A stretch of 64,000 nt of DNA from Leucoraja ocellata (taxonomy: Eukaryota). The position numbers were made by a program, and so were the translations under genes. The stretch lies in NCBI GenBank assembly GCA_036785375.1, contig JAWMAR010000123.1, positions 3,472,001 through 3,536,000 of the forward strand, in the 5' to 3' direction. Shown piece by piece: positions 27,201-41,517 of the stretch. The notes beneath the pieces are model-generated. The model had not been told where the DNA came from. It saw only the letters and a list, made by a program, of their open reading frames with translations, and did not search any database. Every line of letters starts with the position of its first letter. Position 1 is the stretch's first letter.

Positions 27201-27944
27201 CCAGCAAGCTGTAATCTCCGCAAGAGCTGTCGGAACAAGCTTGGTGAAGAATCTCTAAAATCACTCGTCAAAATTGTCAAGAAAGTGACAACAGTATTGT
27301 ATGTTAGGGGAATCTTGTTCCCTTTGTCACTGCAAGCTGCTGGAATTTTCATATTTTAATGTTTCCTTTTTTTCACATCCTTTTATATTATTAAAAAAAA
27401 AAATTAAAAGAGATTGCAGGTTTGCAAACAATTGAATAACATAATTGTTGCTTCAGAAACCACTCTATAGAGAATCTGCCTTGCTTTGTCATGTGGTGGT
27501 GGAGAAGTAGTGCAGATATTGCAAAAATATTCTCCTGAAGCTTTGAAATGAGATGTCAGAGATGGGGAGTATAAAACGCTGTAACCAATGACATGATACT
27601 CCTTAGTAATGCATAATGTCCCAAGTTAGATATTACAAGCTGGAAATGCTGGAAATATTCAGCAGGTCAGGCAGCATTTGTAGAAAGAGAAACAGTAAAA
27701 TTCCCTCATGCAGTATCTGAAATGTTAAATTTCTTCTTCCACAGAAGATGCCCGACCCGCTGAATGTTTCCAGCATTTTCAGTTTAATTTCAGATTTACA
27801 GCACCTGCAATTGTTTAGATTTCCATCCCAAATTAAAAGGTTACTTATTCATCTTATTGATTGATTGAATTAGGTTTCAACCTTTGATGGACATGAAGCT
27901 CAAACAATTAATTGGCACACTTTTAATGGGAATGTGCATGTTTT

Positions 27945-28232
27945 TTTTAGTTTTAGAATACAGCATGGAAGCAGGCCCACTGAGTCCACGCTGATGAACA
28001 ATCAACCGTACACTAGTTCTATGTTATCCCACTTTTGCATCCTACAACCTAAGGCCAGTTAACCTACAAACCTATACGTCTTTTGACTGGGAGGAAACTG
28101 GAGCACCTGGTGAAAACCCACATGGTCACAGGGAGAACGTACAAACTCTACACAGACCACCTGTAGTCTGGATCGAACCAGAGTCTCTGGCACTGTGAGG
28201 CAGCAGCTCTACCACTGCATCACTGTGCCGTC
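27945..28232 (-). mobile_element. HE1/V-SINE-like SINE
   Basis: Reverse complement copy with tRNA-like head and V-domain core. Confidence 0.8.
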
Positions 28233-29317
28233 CTTTTGCTATTTCCAGCAAAGAAACTTGGAGCTTTCCTAGATTCACAGTACATTGCTCCAGGAATACA
28301 ACAAGGCCATTGTGCTGGATCAAGTGTAAAAAGCTGGCACTTTTACTGTTCACTGATGTTGTTATGGGAGATCTGGTCAGATGCAACGTTTCCAAATTTG
28401 TGGATTCTGCTTTCTTTTTGTTCCTCTTCTGTTCCTTTTACCTCTGTTGAAAACTAATTAGAACTTTGTCAGTCGTGTGAACCGGCTCAAAGTCAAACGG
28501 CTCCTGCAGTCTTTCAATCTTTGTACATTAGTGTGAAACAAAAAATTGGGTGTGTGTCTTCAGAGTTTCAAAAGATAAACCCTTTGTTTTCAGAAATTTT
28601 TCTGAAGACTAAAATTTGGTCTGATGTTTTCTATTTTAAAAGGGCAATTTTAATTTTCACGTGTGCAAATGCAGTTTTGCCTGTAGTCAACTTGTTATTT
28701 CTTTCTTCAGAAATGTCAAAGGTGGCCTCAGAATTTGTTGAAAACATTTTATATGACCAATTATAGGCAGCTGTAGAAAATAAATAATTTGTATTCCCAT
28801 TAACCGAGTAATACTGAATTAAACTGAATAATTGGTGTCAGTGGCTTGCAACATTTCAGCAGGCATTAAAGAATATACATGTTTGATCAGTGAAGGGGAC
28901 ACAAGGCTTTTTTTTGTTTTTTTGAAACCTTTGTGATATAGTATAGATTATGGGTGTAAAGTCTAGTTCAAGCTGAGGTATTTTTATGAAGACTGTTTGT
29001 ATTCTTGTATCCCTCTCATTACCACACCTCCCCCAGCCAACAATGGGCCATCATGGGCTCCACCCTTCCTGAGGTCATCTGTTGTTTTTGCCCTGATTTG
29101 GTCTTGCCTTTGCTCGCCTCTTGTTTCCCCACCCCAAATCTCTACTTTCAGTCTAAATAAGGGTTCCGACCCGAAACGTCACCTATTTTTTTTTTTTTCC
29201 TCCAGAGATGCCGCCTGACTCACTGAGTTACACCAGCTTTTAGTGCCTATCTTTTCTAAATACATCACTGATGCCAACCAAACAATTTAAGAGGACTAGT
29301 TCCTACAACCCCCCTAG

Positions 29318-29575
29318 TGAAGAAGTTGCTCCTCGGGTTCCTATAAAATCTTGCCACTCGCATTAAACCAATGTCCTCTGGTTTTTAATTCCCCTACCCT
29401 GGATAAAAGACTCTGTGCGTTCACCCAGTGCATTCCCCTCATGATTTTATACATCTATATAATATAAGATCACCCCTCAGCCTCTTGTGCTCCAAGGAAT
29501 AAAGACCGAGCCTGCCCAACCTCTCAGCTCAAGTACTCCATGTAAAATCTTCCCTGCACTCTTTGCAGCCTACTG
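29318..29575 (-). mobile_element. CR1-like LINE ORF2 C-terminal fragment
   Basis: Minus strand gives RLGRLGLYSLEHKRLRGDL-like sequence. Confidence 0.7.
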
Positions 29576-31571
29576 AATGAATGAATGAATGAATAAGTTT
29601 ATTGGCCAACATTGTTCACATACAAGGAATTTGCCTTCTTGCTCCGCCCACAAGTGACAACACGACATACAGTGACAGTTAGGAATGACACATGAAACAT
29701 TAAACATTTAATGTACTCGGTGACTAAGCTTCCATGACTCACTTAGGTGGAGAATTCCAATGATCTTAATCAATCCATTGGGTGGAGAATTCCAATGATT
29801 CTGATTCCAATCTCAAAAAAATTCTTATCTTAATCCTGAATACCTGATCCTTTTTTTCAATGCACTGCCTCTTGGTTTTATTAACCCTTCTCATGAGAAA
29901 CATCTCTGCATTTACCCTGTCAAGCACCTGAGTATATTAGGAAATGTTTTCTTAATGCCCCCATTCTCTCCTGACTGTGTAATATTAGTAAGTAAGTAAT
30001 TTTTATTTATATAGCACTTTTAAATCAAATCACGTTGAAGCCAAAGTGCTTTACAGAGAAGAAATTAGATTTCCATACATCCATATAAAATAAAATAGTG
30101 CTCATTGTAAAAATTGTGCTGCTGATTTTAAGAGTTTCAAATAACAAAGTACAAACACTGATTTCAATAGAACTCAATTAACAATTTTAGAACAGACTTG
30201 TAGTCCAGATTTTTTTTTTAAGGCAAAATAAGGCTATTTTATTTTTAAATATTAAACATATACAGTGACACTGATATGCACCCCAAAATGAGTTAATAGG
30301 AAAGAAACAAGTATCTTTGTGGGTTCGGCTTTCTTTGCAGCTGCGATAGTCCTAGTAGACCACTCCAGATCAAAATTTGCTTTTTTTTTCTAGAACTCTT
30401 ACTTACTAGCTTTTTCGTTCAAGGTTTGAGAAATATTCAAATTCAACCCATGAAACTCCAAATTTAGTTTTTAAAGTTGGCATGGAAGCTGGTTTCCTTT
30501 AGAGTGATACACAACAGGCCCATAGAGAGCAAATTAAACAAAATGCTGCAGCAATATCAGCAAATTACCCAGCTGTCTTCGCAGTGACTGCACCATGGAT
30601 GATAAGGGAAGAGTCATGATGAACAAAAGGATTCTTTATCATTACGAGGTAACTCGAGATAAAATGTCCTGTCCATTTATCTATGTAAATTCAAAAGAAA
30701 ACATTTCCGCCCATTAATCAAACTCTTAATTTCCATCCCAAGAAGCCAGTTGAATTTTAATTCTAGCTGTAGGTGACCCGAATGGAAATGTAATGTCTCT
30801 CCACTTCCACTGTCACCACCACCCCAACTGCTTTGTTCTTTCCTTTTTAATCACTGACGACACTGCTTAGAAATGACAGTGGCACAGATCTCCAAGTGCA
30901 GTTGCGTGCCGTGAATTGGACTGTAGGTCTGCATAGTCTGTTGTAATTTCAGAAAATCCTTGCAACTGGTTTATTTCAACATGTGCCCTGAATTATTATT
31001 TTTTTTTTTGCTATGAGCAGTCGGTGCTAAATATAGATGTGCAATGTTTGAGGAAACCAAATGAATAACAACTTTGTTTTTTTGTACGTATATTTTGACA
31101 CGGTTTGGGAGTGGCCAATATTGCTTAGAAACAAAGGTGAATCTTGGCAACCATTTTAAACATCCTTCTATTTATACCTGCGTCATTAACCAACAACAAA
31201 GGTGTTCCACGTGGAGACCAGCTAAATTGTGATATTTGTTGAAGAGCCTGCTAACGCAACTACCAGACGGCTATGGGTGTGACCATTACGTATGCAATAA
31301 TTGGGGAATATTTAGGTGGAGGTATGAGAAGAGGGAAAGTAAATCATTGTATATATTAGTCTTTTGAGGTGAATGTAATTAATATTGATAATCTATGTCC
31401 CATAACCCCCTTGAATTTATTTGAGTACAGTCTTTTTAAGCATTGAATAGCCAGGATAAACTATAAAAACTTTAATGTTTTTTCAAATAAAGCAGCTTCA
31501 AAGAAAGCAAATATTTGAGTTTGAAGAATTCCTATCCGAAACATCACCTGTTCCTTTTCTCCAGCTGAGTT

Positions 31572-32490
31572 AGGGTCTCACTAGGGTCTCCTCGATATCC
31601 CGCAGCTCCGCTCTTACTCCCCCTCCTCCTATTCGTAACACGGACAGAGTCCCCCCCCCCCTCACCTTCATCAACATCAGCCGTTGCATACAGCATATAA
31701 TCCTCCAACGTTTTTGCATACTCCAACGGGATCCCACGACTGGCCACATCTTCCCATCTCCACTGCTTTCCGCAGAGACCATTCCCTCCGAAACTCCCTG
31801 GTCAATTCATCCCTTCCCACCCAAACCACCCCCTCCCCAGGTACTTTCCCTTGCAACCCAGGAAATGCAACACCTATCCTTTTACCACCCTCCCTCGACT
31901 CCATCCGAGTACCCAACAGTCTTTCCAGGTGAGGCAGAGGTTCACTTGCACGTCCTCCAACCTCATCTACTGTATCCGCTGTTCCAGTTGTCAACTTCTC
32001 TACATCGGTGAGACCAAGCTCTGGCTCGGTGATCGTTTCGCTGAACACCTCCACTCAGTCAGTCTTAACCTACCTGATCTCCCGGTGGCTCAGCACTTAA
32101 ACTCCCCCTCCCATTCCCAATCTGACCTTTCTGTCCTGGTCCTCCAGTGAGGCCCAGCGCAAATTGGAGGAGCAGCACCTTATATTTCGCTTGGGTAGTT
32201 TATACCCCAGTGGTATGAACATTGACTTCTCTAACTTAAGCCCTTGCTTTCTCTCTCCTTCCCCTTCCCAGTGTCCCGCTAGTCTTCTTGTCTCTGCCTA
32301 CTTTCTATCCTTGTCCCGCCCTCTCCCCTGACATAAATCTGAAGAAGGGTCTCGACCCAAAACGTTGTCCATTCCTTCTCTCCAGAGATGCCGCCTCACC
32401 GCTGAGTTACTCCAGCATTTTGTGTCTTCTTCCTCCAGCACTGTCTATATATTCGGTATAAACAGCATCTGCAGTTTCTTCACACACATA
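31572..32490 (+). mobile_element. Penelope-like retroelement, 5'-truncated: Cys-rich linker + GIY-YIG endonuclease remnant + terminal repeat
   Basis: Frameshifted peptides AFRRDHSLRNSLV..GTFPCN..KCNT..FTCTSSNLIYCIRCSSCQLLYIGETK..GDRFAEHL..VAQHLN..LEEQHLIFRLGS..GMN (ORFs 31684 and 31851) are the PLE GIY-YIG domain; followed by the repeated terminal sequence. The Cys-rich linker suggests the Neptune-type group. Confidence 0.88.
32339..32369 (+). ncRNA. Minimal hammerhead-ribozyme-like motif in the PLE terminal repeat (mutated, probably inactive)
   Basis: CTGAAGA-A-GGGT-CTCG-ACCC-(A)AAA-CGTT. The consensus across copies, CTGAAGAAGGGTCTCGACCCGAAACGTC, fits the CUGANGA/stem II/GAAA/GUC core. Confidence 0.55.
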
Positions 32491-33704
32491 TATACTTTGT
32501 TACCTCTGAATCTGCATTTAATAATATCTGAAATCTCAAAAAATGCGACTTAAAGGGGTATAGAAACAATGCTGGAGAAACTCAGCGGGTGAGGCAGCAT
32601 CTATGGAGAGAAGGAATAGGCGGTGTTTCGGGTCGAGACGCTCTCCTTTCTTAAACAAAACAAATCGTCGTTCAATGGCTTCCTCGTAACATAATCTGTT
32701 ATTGTATTCAGAAAGTGGGATTATTTTAGCAAATATGTAATCTTTATGGAATTAAATTAAGATGATTATATTTTCAACTTTAGGTAAACTTCAGATAAGA
32801 TTTTTGCAAGTGTGTTCATGTTGCACCTGATGTGTCAACTTCAACCATTCAAGACTGGTCTAACCGGAATTAGGAGCTATTCTAGATGAGGGTTTAGTAA
32901 GAGCACAGAAAATGAAGCTGTTTTGTAACCAAATCAGCTCCAGTGGATTAGTGAGCACAATAGTTTCTTGTGTTGCATATGCTCTTTTTTGGATAATTCA
33001 GCCCCATATTATTTTCACCAGTTTACATTATTGTCTCTAAGTTGCACAAAAGTACAACCTCCATTCACACAGCATCTCCTGTGTTATGGAAATAACTACG
33101 GTCTACATAATTTGACACTGAGCCACATGATTAAAATATTAAGGCAGTTACCAAAATGTTGGTAAGAGAAAGGCTCTAGACATTGTTTTAACGGGTGAGA
33201 GAGCTGCAAGAATTAAGGGATTAAATAGTTAAAAGTGGGTTGTTTTAACAATGGAGGTATATGAAGCCGCAATGGGAAAAGCACAGATCTCCCAGTATTT
33301 TAGAGGAGGTTCCCGAGTGAGGCTATTTAAGGTTTTGAATACGAGGATGATAATTTATTAATTAATACGTTGCTCTGCTGGAAGCCAATGTAAATTTGGG
33401 ACCATAAGAGTGACTGATGATTAGAATTTTTTGCTAGTTATTATTTGAGCAACATAGGCTTAGGTGAGCTCATGTTTGTAGACTGTGGAAAATGGGAGGC
33501 TGGCCAGGGGAGCGACTGCAGATTCTCTAATTCTTAAGTCTGTGCAACCTGTCAGTGTAGCGACTGCAAGGCTGAACTTGTGCAAATCTGTTTTCAAATC
33601 TTTTTGCCACATTGCCCAATGAAGCAGAAGTCCTGAAAGAGGAAAGCAAAACAAGCTGCTGCAGTACACTTGTGTTCCCATAATTAAAGAGCCATTGACA
33701 GACG

Positions 33705-33905
33705 CCAAAGGGTAGAGTGACTCAGCTGGTCAGGCAGCATCTCTGGAGAAAACAAATAGATGGTGTTTCGGGTCGAGACGAGGGTCTTGACCCGAAACAT
33801 CACCCGTTCCCTTTTCTCCAGAGATGCTGCCTGACCTACTGAGTTACTCCAGCCTTTGGTATCTGTCTTCAGTTTAAGCCAGCACTACAGTTCCTCCCTA
33901 CACAT
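33705..33905. repeat. Palindromic pair of PLE terminal repeats
   Basis: Left arm ends tttcgggtcgagac and the right arm starts gggtcttgacccgaaacatcacc. Confidence 0.8.
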
Positions 33906-35560
33906 TAAAGAGTCATTGATTTTTATTGGGGCTTTTTAGACTCTGGATTAACACATTTTCATGTCCATGCATCAACTGAAATTTTATTGTCGGAACAATG
34001 GTTCATGAAGTGATACATTTGGTCGTCCTTAACGTGGACGTGTTTTTTTTTGTTTTGTTTTTTCTCTTAATTTGTGCCATGTTGTTAGTTTAGGTAAAGG
34101 TGGTACTTGCAGGAAAATTCACTGAGGTTCTTATAATTAAATATACATAAGGTGTCAAGGGTTTCAGGAATGTGGCTATTTGAAACCTCTCCAAAGGAAT
34201 TGCCTGAGTTTTCAAGGGAACTGTATGAAGCCAAATAACCTCTTCCCACTTCCCCATCACCTGTATCCACCGGCCACTTGCCAGGCTTTGGCCAGCTCCT
34301 GCCTCTCTTCCAGCTTTCTTCCCCAACTTCAATCGATCTGAAGAAGGGTCCCGACTCAAAACGTCACAAATCCATGTTCTCTAGGAATGCTGCTTGACCT
34401 GCTGAGTTACTCCAGCACTTTTTGTCTTTTTGAATGAAATAGACCAAAGCTTCATGCAGCAAGATGGGTTATGTTGCTTGGGCTTCACTCCTGACAAGAT
34501 ACATTACAGCTACTCTTCATGACTTATTTGATAGATCCTCATAAGTCATTATCTCTACTACCCAAAAGGACAAGTGCAGTTGTTGCATAGAAAGAGGGTC
34601 ACCTTAAAATCATAGACACAAAATGCTGGAGTAACTCAGCGGGACAGGTGCATCTCTGGATAGAAGGATTCTGTCTGAAGAAGGGTCTCAACCCAAAAAG
34701 TCACCATAAGTCACCAAACTACACAGAGATGCTGCCTACCCTGCTGATTTATCCCAGCATTTTGTGTCTATCTTCAGTGCAAACCAGCATCTGCAGATCC
34801 ATCCCACACATCTTCAAATCATACCCTGACTTGGAAATGATCTCTTTTCCTCTGGTGTTGATGAGTCTAAATTTTGGAATTCCCATTCTAATAAGTGCGG
34901 CTACTTCTATTACACCGAGTTCAAGAAGTTGAATCGGTATTTCTTTTACAATGGCAAAAGTTGACTGTCCTTGCCACATCCTGCAAGTGACTAAACAAAA
35001 GATAAGCTTCTGATCTGCATTTTCAATGATGCATTGAAGCAGTATTTCATGCTGTTTTGTGACTTCTTTTATCTCTCTCTTCCCCTTCTCTTCAAGAGAT
35101 ATTTATCACAGCTTGATTGGAATGAGATCAAAGTTTCAGTTTGGAGAAGTGTTCTGAATCATAATACAGCCTTAAAAAACCTGCAAGGGGCAGAAATGGT
35201 GCAGAATTCATTTCGAGCATGCCTAAATAGTCCAAACTATGTATTTAGATTGCCGAATGCAAAATTCCTACTACCTTTGGTGAGCCCAAATTTGTGTTGT
35301 TATTGGTGATACTTGTGATTCTGATCAAAGATGGCAGCTATTTTAACTTCAGACGGCAAATAGGTGGGAACATATTGTGGAGAACATTGTTTAATTGGTA
35401 TCAGAGTTCTCTCAATAGTTGGACATGACTTACTGCGTAGGATGATCGGCCATGCTCATATTGAATGGCGGTACAGGCTAGAAGGGCCGAATGGCCTACT
35501 CCTGCACCTATTTTCTTTGTTTCTATGGAATACTTATTCTAGTTCCAATTTATTTTTCAG

Positions 35561-35622
35561 GGGATGTCTTGTTCCAGATGGCAGAGGTTCACAGACAAAT
35601 TCAGATACAGCTTGAAGAAATG
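35561..35622 (+). CDS. BAIAP2: BAIAP2 coding exon (exon 4 equivalent, IMD), 62 bp, phase 1/0
   Basis: tttttcag|GGGATGTC...GAAATG|gtgagt; (G)DVLFQMAEVHRQIQIQLEEM, near-identical to IRSp53; phase joins the 1818-1904 exon across a ~33.7-kb intron. Confidence 0.96.
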
Positions 35623-36004
35623 GTGAGTCGTGCGATTGTTTAGCACAGGACATGTTTATACCTGATGTGCAAAGGTGTCTGAAGTTTTTCATACTTATTT
35701 CATGCAGTCTAAAAACACGTTCTTCTGCCAACCAATTCTGCGCTGATCATGAAGCACCTTTTCAAACCAATCCCATTTAATTCTTCCTCGGCACCCATCA
35801 GCTACCAATGGATTCTACCGCTTGCCTACATACTATTGGCAATTTATCTTGACCAATTAATCTACCAACTTGTATGCATTTGGAATGTGGGAGAATACCA
35901 GGGGAAGCTGATGAGCTTGCAAACTCCAGCACTGGAGGTCAGAATTGAACCAGCGTCTTTGAAGCTCTGTGACAGAAGCTCTGGTTATTAGGATGCCTTA
36001 TTTG

Positions 36005-36380
36005 TTCTCGGGAGATAAATGTTACTGGCATTGTTGGCATTTATTCTCCATTCATACTCGTCTCCTGGACTGAGTGGCTTGCTAGGCCGTTTGAGAGAGC
36101 ATCTAAAAGTCAAGCATTTTCATGATCTGGAATTGCCCTAAAACCATGAAGATGGATCTCAAGGCGATTCTAGGCCTGACTAAGGACTGGAGATTCCCAT
36201 CCATATCCTGAACCACATGGGTTTTTACAACAACCTGGCAGCTTTGTGGTTACATTACTGATAGTTTTTCAATATTGTGAAATTGCATTTTATAGTTACC
36301 ATGGTAGCATTCAAACCCTTAATCTCATTTGTGCGGGCTCCTGACTGTTAGTCCAGTGATTTAACCACAATACTACTGTA
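36005..36380 (-). mobile_element. Old tRNA-derived elasmobranch SINE
   Basis: Minus strand: gtggttaaatcactggactaacagtc..aaaacccatgtggttca..ggcctagcaagccactcagt..aataaatgc; a related relic lies at ~23745-23950. Confidence 0.6.
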
Positions 36381-37192
36381 AATAACAAATTGCTGGAGGA
36401 ACTTGGCTGTTTGAGCAGAAAATGTGGGGGTAGGGTAATAAGCAATTGTCAAGACCTTGCAGCAGTCCTAATGTAGGGTCTCAACCTGAGACGTTGACAA
36501 TTCTTCTACCCTTTCCCCCCCTCCCCCCTCCCTGCTCCCCCAGACCTACTAAGTTCCTCCTGCAGTCTGGTTTCTGCTGCGGGTTCCAGCAACAGCAGTC
36601 TTTGTGTGTGTGTCTCTGTTGCTGTGATTGACTTGCAGCTGATGTGCAATGTGAATTCTATTAAAATAGTTGTGAAGTAATCTTTTATCTGAATTTTTTA
36701 TTTAAATGAATACACTTCCAGATATTTTCCAGATAACATTCTTGTTCAAATATTACATTAATAGAAATATATTTGGCATTCAAGTCAGAAATTTAAAAAT
36801 GTGTTTAATACATACTTTTATTTTATTAAGTGTAGATCAAAATTGTCAGACGTTCTTTGAGATATTAGTCCTTGCATCAGATACAATCTTATGCTGAAGC
36901 TGAGGTGTGAAATAGAATCGTAGTATGTGTCTCTGCTAACAGAGTAAAAATTAACGTTAATTGGTGGTGAACGGCAGCATGTGTGCGTGCGTGGTTAAAT
37001 TACAGCTTTCAAGGAGCTGAGTCTGGAGGAGGGAAACGTCACTTGCACATGACTAATCCGAGGATCCAAGGTACAAACGCTGCTTTTGCAGTGGGTGTCT
37101 GTGTGTGGGTGTTCAGGGGGATTCTTGTTTCCTTGACATTATTGAAAATTAATGTTTTAAGCTCTGCAGCTGACATTCTCTTGCTGTTACAG

Positions 37193-37264
37193 TTGAAAGT
37201 GTTCCACAATGAGCTGCTGATGCAACTGGAGCAGAAGGTTGAGTTGGATGCCAAGTACTTAAGT
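37193..37264 (+). CDS. BAIAP2: BAIAP2 coding exon (exon 5 equivalent, IMD), 72 bp, phase 0/0
   Basis: gttacag|TTGAAAGTG...TTAAGT|gtaagt; LKVFHNELLMQLEQKVELDAKYLS (within ORF 36983..37417). Confidence 0.96.
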
Positions 37265-37501
37265 GTAAGTTCCAGGCTCGCTTCTCCACTGTCACACCAT
37301 TTTATTAATCACCATGTATTAATCTGCCCCTACACTTATCCTGCAATATTAAAGCAAAAATGGCATCTATTCAAATACATTATAAGTAAAAAGTATGAAA
37401 TGATTACAGCATCATAACCTGGTAGGGGTTTTTGACTAAAGATGGAGTAACTCAGCAGGTCAGGCAGCATCTCTGGAGAAAAGGAATGGGTGACATTTCG
37501 A

Positions 37502-37770
37502 GTTACTCCCGCCACGGGTACCATGTAATCCCGTGCTACCTGCTCCATGGTCCGATAGTCGGCGACTAAACCGTCTCCCCCACCTGGTTTGCCAGGTGAA
37601 GAGGGGGCTGTGGAACCCCAGCAGGACCAAAAACAAGACCTGTCAAGGGGCGGATGAACTTCTAGCGAGCCAACGACCATCCACACTTCAGTAGAAGTTG
37701 TGATCACTGTCGTACATAGCCTTGTAAGGAGTGAAGAAAAACATGAAATGTAATTCTTCTCTGTCCTTAC
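37502..37770 (+). repeat. Dispersed non-coding repeat (possibly a LINE 5' UTR), inserted into a PLE palindrome
   Basis: About 230 bp shared in reverse orientation with 48810-49005 (e.g. gactaaaccgtctcccccacctggtttgccaggtga; atccacacttcagtagaagttg). Confidence 0.75.
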
Positions 37771-39267
37771 TCCTCAAAAGAGAAGTTGTTAATTAATTAA
37801 TTAAAGAGATGCTGCCTGACTGGCTGAGTTACTCCAACACCTTGTGTCTATCTTGGTTTTAAACCAGCATCTGCAGTTCCTTTCTACACAGATGTTTTTG
37901 ACTATATGTTTTATGACCATGAGGATTGAGTTACAGCTCTGAGATTATTGCCATCCACATGCAATTTATAAGCAAAGTGATGATTTAAAAGAATTCAGAT
38001 TTGGCAAGTTTTTATTTCCAGGCATATTGGTTCCTGGAATATTTTCTGCTGAATATTTCTGGTGTAGATTCTCCAGATATATAGTTAGCTGCTACGTTTT
38101 GAATTATGACTGCTTTAACTGCAGTGGTGGATGGACCTTAAACATCTTAATGAAAATTTACATTGGGCCTGTTTTTAAACACTATTCTGTTGTCCAGTCA
38201 TTGGAGGTTTCTTGATATTATTCAGCTAAATTAACATTCGATTTGCATTTTTAATTCAAATATGGGTTCAGTCACTCGGGACAGTAGATTTTGCTCACCT
38301 GGTTGGGGGGGGGGGTTGTGAATATTTAGGGCAATGTAGGTTCAATCACTGAATATATTCAAGGGCGATAGATTTTTTCATATTAGGGTTTCAGGGGGTT
38401 ATGGTGTTAATACATGTAAGGGGGTACAATATCAGCCACGATCTTGTAGCAGGTGTAGGGGACTAAACAGTCTATTTTTACCTGTTCTTGTATTCGGATT
38501 ATCTTAAATGTTTGGGTTAATTTGTCTCGTACACAAAGTTGCTCACTCGTACCTCCATTAAAATTTATACACGGTTTGCATTTTCCTGGACAAATTCAAT
38601 TTGACTTGGTCTGAACTTACTTCATTTGATACAAGACTTTCTTGAGAAATATTTGTGCTTCTGCAAGTTAAATGTACCTACTTTTGATATTGTGTGACAC
38701 AGATTCTGCATTAATATGTGAATTAATGCAGTCAGATGTTATGTTTAAAGTCTCATACTCCAGTGGCCATTCTATTTTAATAGTTGTAACATTTGTAGGC
38801 TAGCTTGCTTGCTCCAGTTAATGGAGCTCTGATTTCGAGACCCCTTTATGATGCCAACAAGCCAATTAGAAACAAGATGCTTCAAACAGAGGTTCCTTAA
38901 CATTCTTTCTTCTTGTCTTCTATCTTATCAGTAGCATATGAACCATTGTCAGTGAATGGTTAAGTTGTCTACAGCTATCTCCTTAAACAAGGCCTCATTG
39001 TATTTTTTAGTTGTTTTAGAAAGCCAGAGTAGTTATTTTACTATTGTCTGTGAACTAATTCATCTCTTAATATGCAGCTTGCAGATCAGTGTATATTGAA
39101 CCATTAGAATGTGAATTAATATGAAACCAATTTGATATTAAACCCATAATTACTCTTCCCTCTACCTTAACAAAGCCCAGCAATTACTGGTCTCCTTCCT
39201 TGTTGAGGTAATGTTTACATTATGACTGTTTTTATTGGTGCATTTGTATTTACATTTTTCCCTTTAG

Positions 39268-39405
39268 GCCACTTTGAAGAAATATCAGGCCGAGCATAAA
39301 GCCAAGTTGGAGTCTCTGGAAAAATGCCAGGCAGAACTGAAGAAACTTAGAAGAAAGAGTCAGGGCAGCAGAAATCCTCAGAAATATGAAGAGAAAGAGA
39401 TGCAG
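39268..39405 (+). CDS. BAIAP2: BAIAP2 coding exon (exon 6 equivalent, IMD basic patch), 138 bp, phase 0/0
   Basis: cctttag|GCCACTTTG...ATGCAG|gtacgt; [46 protein letters not shown], including the membrane/actin-binding KKLRRK patch. Confidence 0.96.
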
Positions 39406-41517
39406 GTACGTCCTTGGACCAAGGTAGATTTTCCTGAGAATGGTTCTTTGAAGTTCTTTCCAAAAATAATCTTGGAGACATTAATTGGGAATTGAGTGTG
39501 TGAGTGAGAGTGGCAATGGAAAATTTCAATTATCGGCAGATGGGTATCTTGCAGGTTAGTCCACTGTATCATGGATGGTATTGAAAATATATATTTTGCC
39601 CCATTCATCTAACAGAAAGCTCTATGAAGTTAGGTTCAGTCCAAGCTCTGATGGCCATGGATACACTACATAGATCTTCTGTCACTTGTTACAGAGCTGT
39701 AAGGCTATCATGTTGGATGGAAATAGTAAATTGATGATTTTGAGTTCAAAGTATATATTTGGAATAATGTAAAATTCATGTTGTGCTACACCTTATTCAG
39801 AGTATTTAATGTTAAAATATGATAATTGAGTGTAAACATTCACAAAATATACCAAAAATGCAAACAACATTTTCTCTCATTAAGAAATGGAGCTAGAGAT
39901 TGTATTGGCCAAATCGTCGTTTGATAATCTAGGTGAATAATCCAAATTGATAAATTCAAATTTGTTTGCCACTTTGGGAGCCTGACCTGTCCACCCCAGA
40001 AACTAGCAATGGCAGGAATAAAAGAGACTGCAGATGCTGGAATCTGGAGCCAAACAATGGTGAGGTTCTTGCTGAGTATCAACATCTTCAAAGGTGATGA
40101 AACAAAAACCATACGTGATTTGGAAAATGGGAACTGATCCAACATCCAACATGTTTTGTCGGGCAATAAAACAATAACAAGAATATAGGACAAATTGTCC
40201 ACTTCAGTGTATCAAGTGGTTACATTTGCTCAATTTTTTATTCCCAAAACGGGTGCAATCAGCAACCTAATTTGAATTATATCAAAAAGTTGTTAAACAT
40301 GCTGAATTCGAAAATAGAATTTTGTAAAGTATTTCAGAGGCTGGGTCTGATTTCCCTGAAATGGAGGTTAAGAGGGAGTTATGCAAAATTGATGGATATA
40401 AAAAGGGTAGTCGATATTAAACTAGAAGGCATAGGTTTTGGGGTAAGTGGATAAGAGATTTAGAGGAGGAGATCTTTCCATCAGAGTGTCCCAACTAAGG
40501 AATACACCGCCTGCGAGAAAGGTAGAAGCCAAGTCATTGACAGCATTTAAGACATGGCTCGAAGAGGACAGAATCAGCCAAGCAAAGAAGGCTGTGGCCC
40601 AAGTGCTGGAAGATGGGGGTCATTAATAATAATGAGTCCCTGCTCGTTGCAAAGGAAATGATGGGCTGAATGGCCTGTTGTCATGTAATTCCTCTCCATG
40701 AATTTCCTTGAGTATTGACCCCGGGAGATGGAAATCCTCAACACCAAAAGTTCATGTGATATTTAAAATACAGGGAAGATTCACTCAGTCCACATGTGTT
40801 ATTGAACCATTATTTGCACCTTTAACATAGATATCACATGTTTTGGTTACAGATCTTCTCGAATCAATAGCAAGTTCCAGGAAAGATCTTTGCATAGCAA
40901 TCAGCCAGAACCCCCCCTGCTAATATCTTTTATCTTCTTTAGTAGAGGCAACTTGGAAGCCTACTGTAGTGTTGCTAATGATGCTTAGGCACTGAAGCTG
41001 GTATCATGCGGGACTGTGCAGCTAGTAATAAAACATTGATTCATTTCATGACACACTGGAGGGATACAAAGCTTGTTTCTTGCTTGGCCTTGAAGTAGTG
41101 CAGGAGTCAGAGAGCCTCTCTTTATGTAACTTGCTGAGTGCTGATGGTAATTTTTAATGGATCATAATGCGTCAGTTGAAATACTGTATATATTTTAAAT
41201 CCCAACATGTTAATTGTAGTTGCTGTTGGTTCAAATCCCATGCTTTAGATAATCAAAATCAAATAAATCAATAATTCAAATTTTAATTAAAGCCTTAACC
41301 ACATATTTCCTCAAAGTTTAAACATTTTATTGTATTTCCGTGTTATTTATATGCTTCTAAGTGTGCTATATCATTGCGCAGTACCATAGCTGTCTTAATA
41401 GGAGTAGAGAGATATTTTTTTAATACTTGGCTTGGACAAAGACTTGCACTGTTTAGACTAATTGCTTTTTTAGAATTGACTTTTAAGTAGAATCCTTCAA
41501 TCCTTTAAAACAAATTT

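Noticed and set aside
29746-29800. Short direct repeats (ggtggagaattccaatgat x2; similar pairs at ~6486, ~8984, ~58020) resembling repeat-spacer arrays
   Set aside because: Only two copies each, consistent with local slippage duplications in a vertebrate intron; not CRISPR.
36983-37417. ORF-track extensions around true exons (also 39274, 52747, 62547) as longer CDS
   Set aside because: IRSp53 similarity stops at the AG/GT boundaries; the flanks are intronic read-through.
37502-37630. HDV-like or twister ribozyme in the dispersed repeat
   Set aside because: I could not place the P1/P1.1/P3 pseudoknot or the twister conserved blocks by eye; kept only as an unverified structured-RNA candidate.
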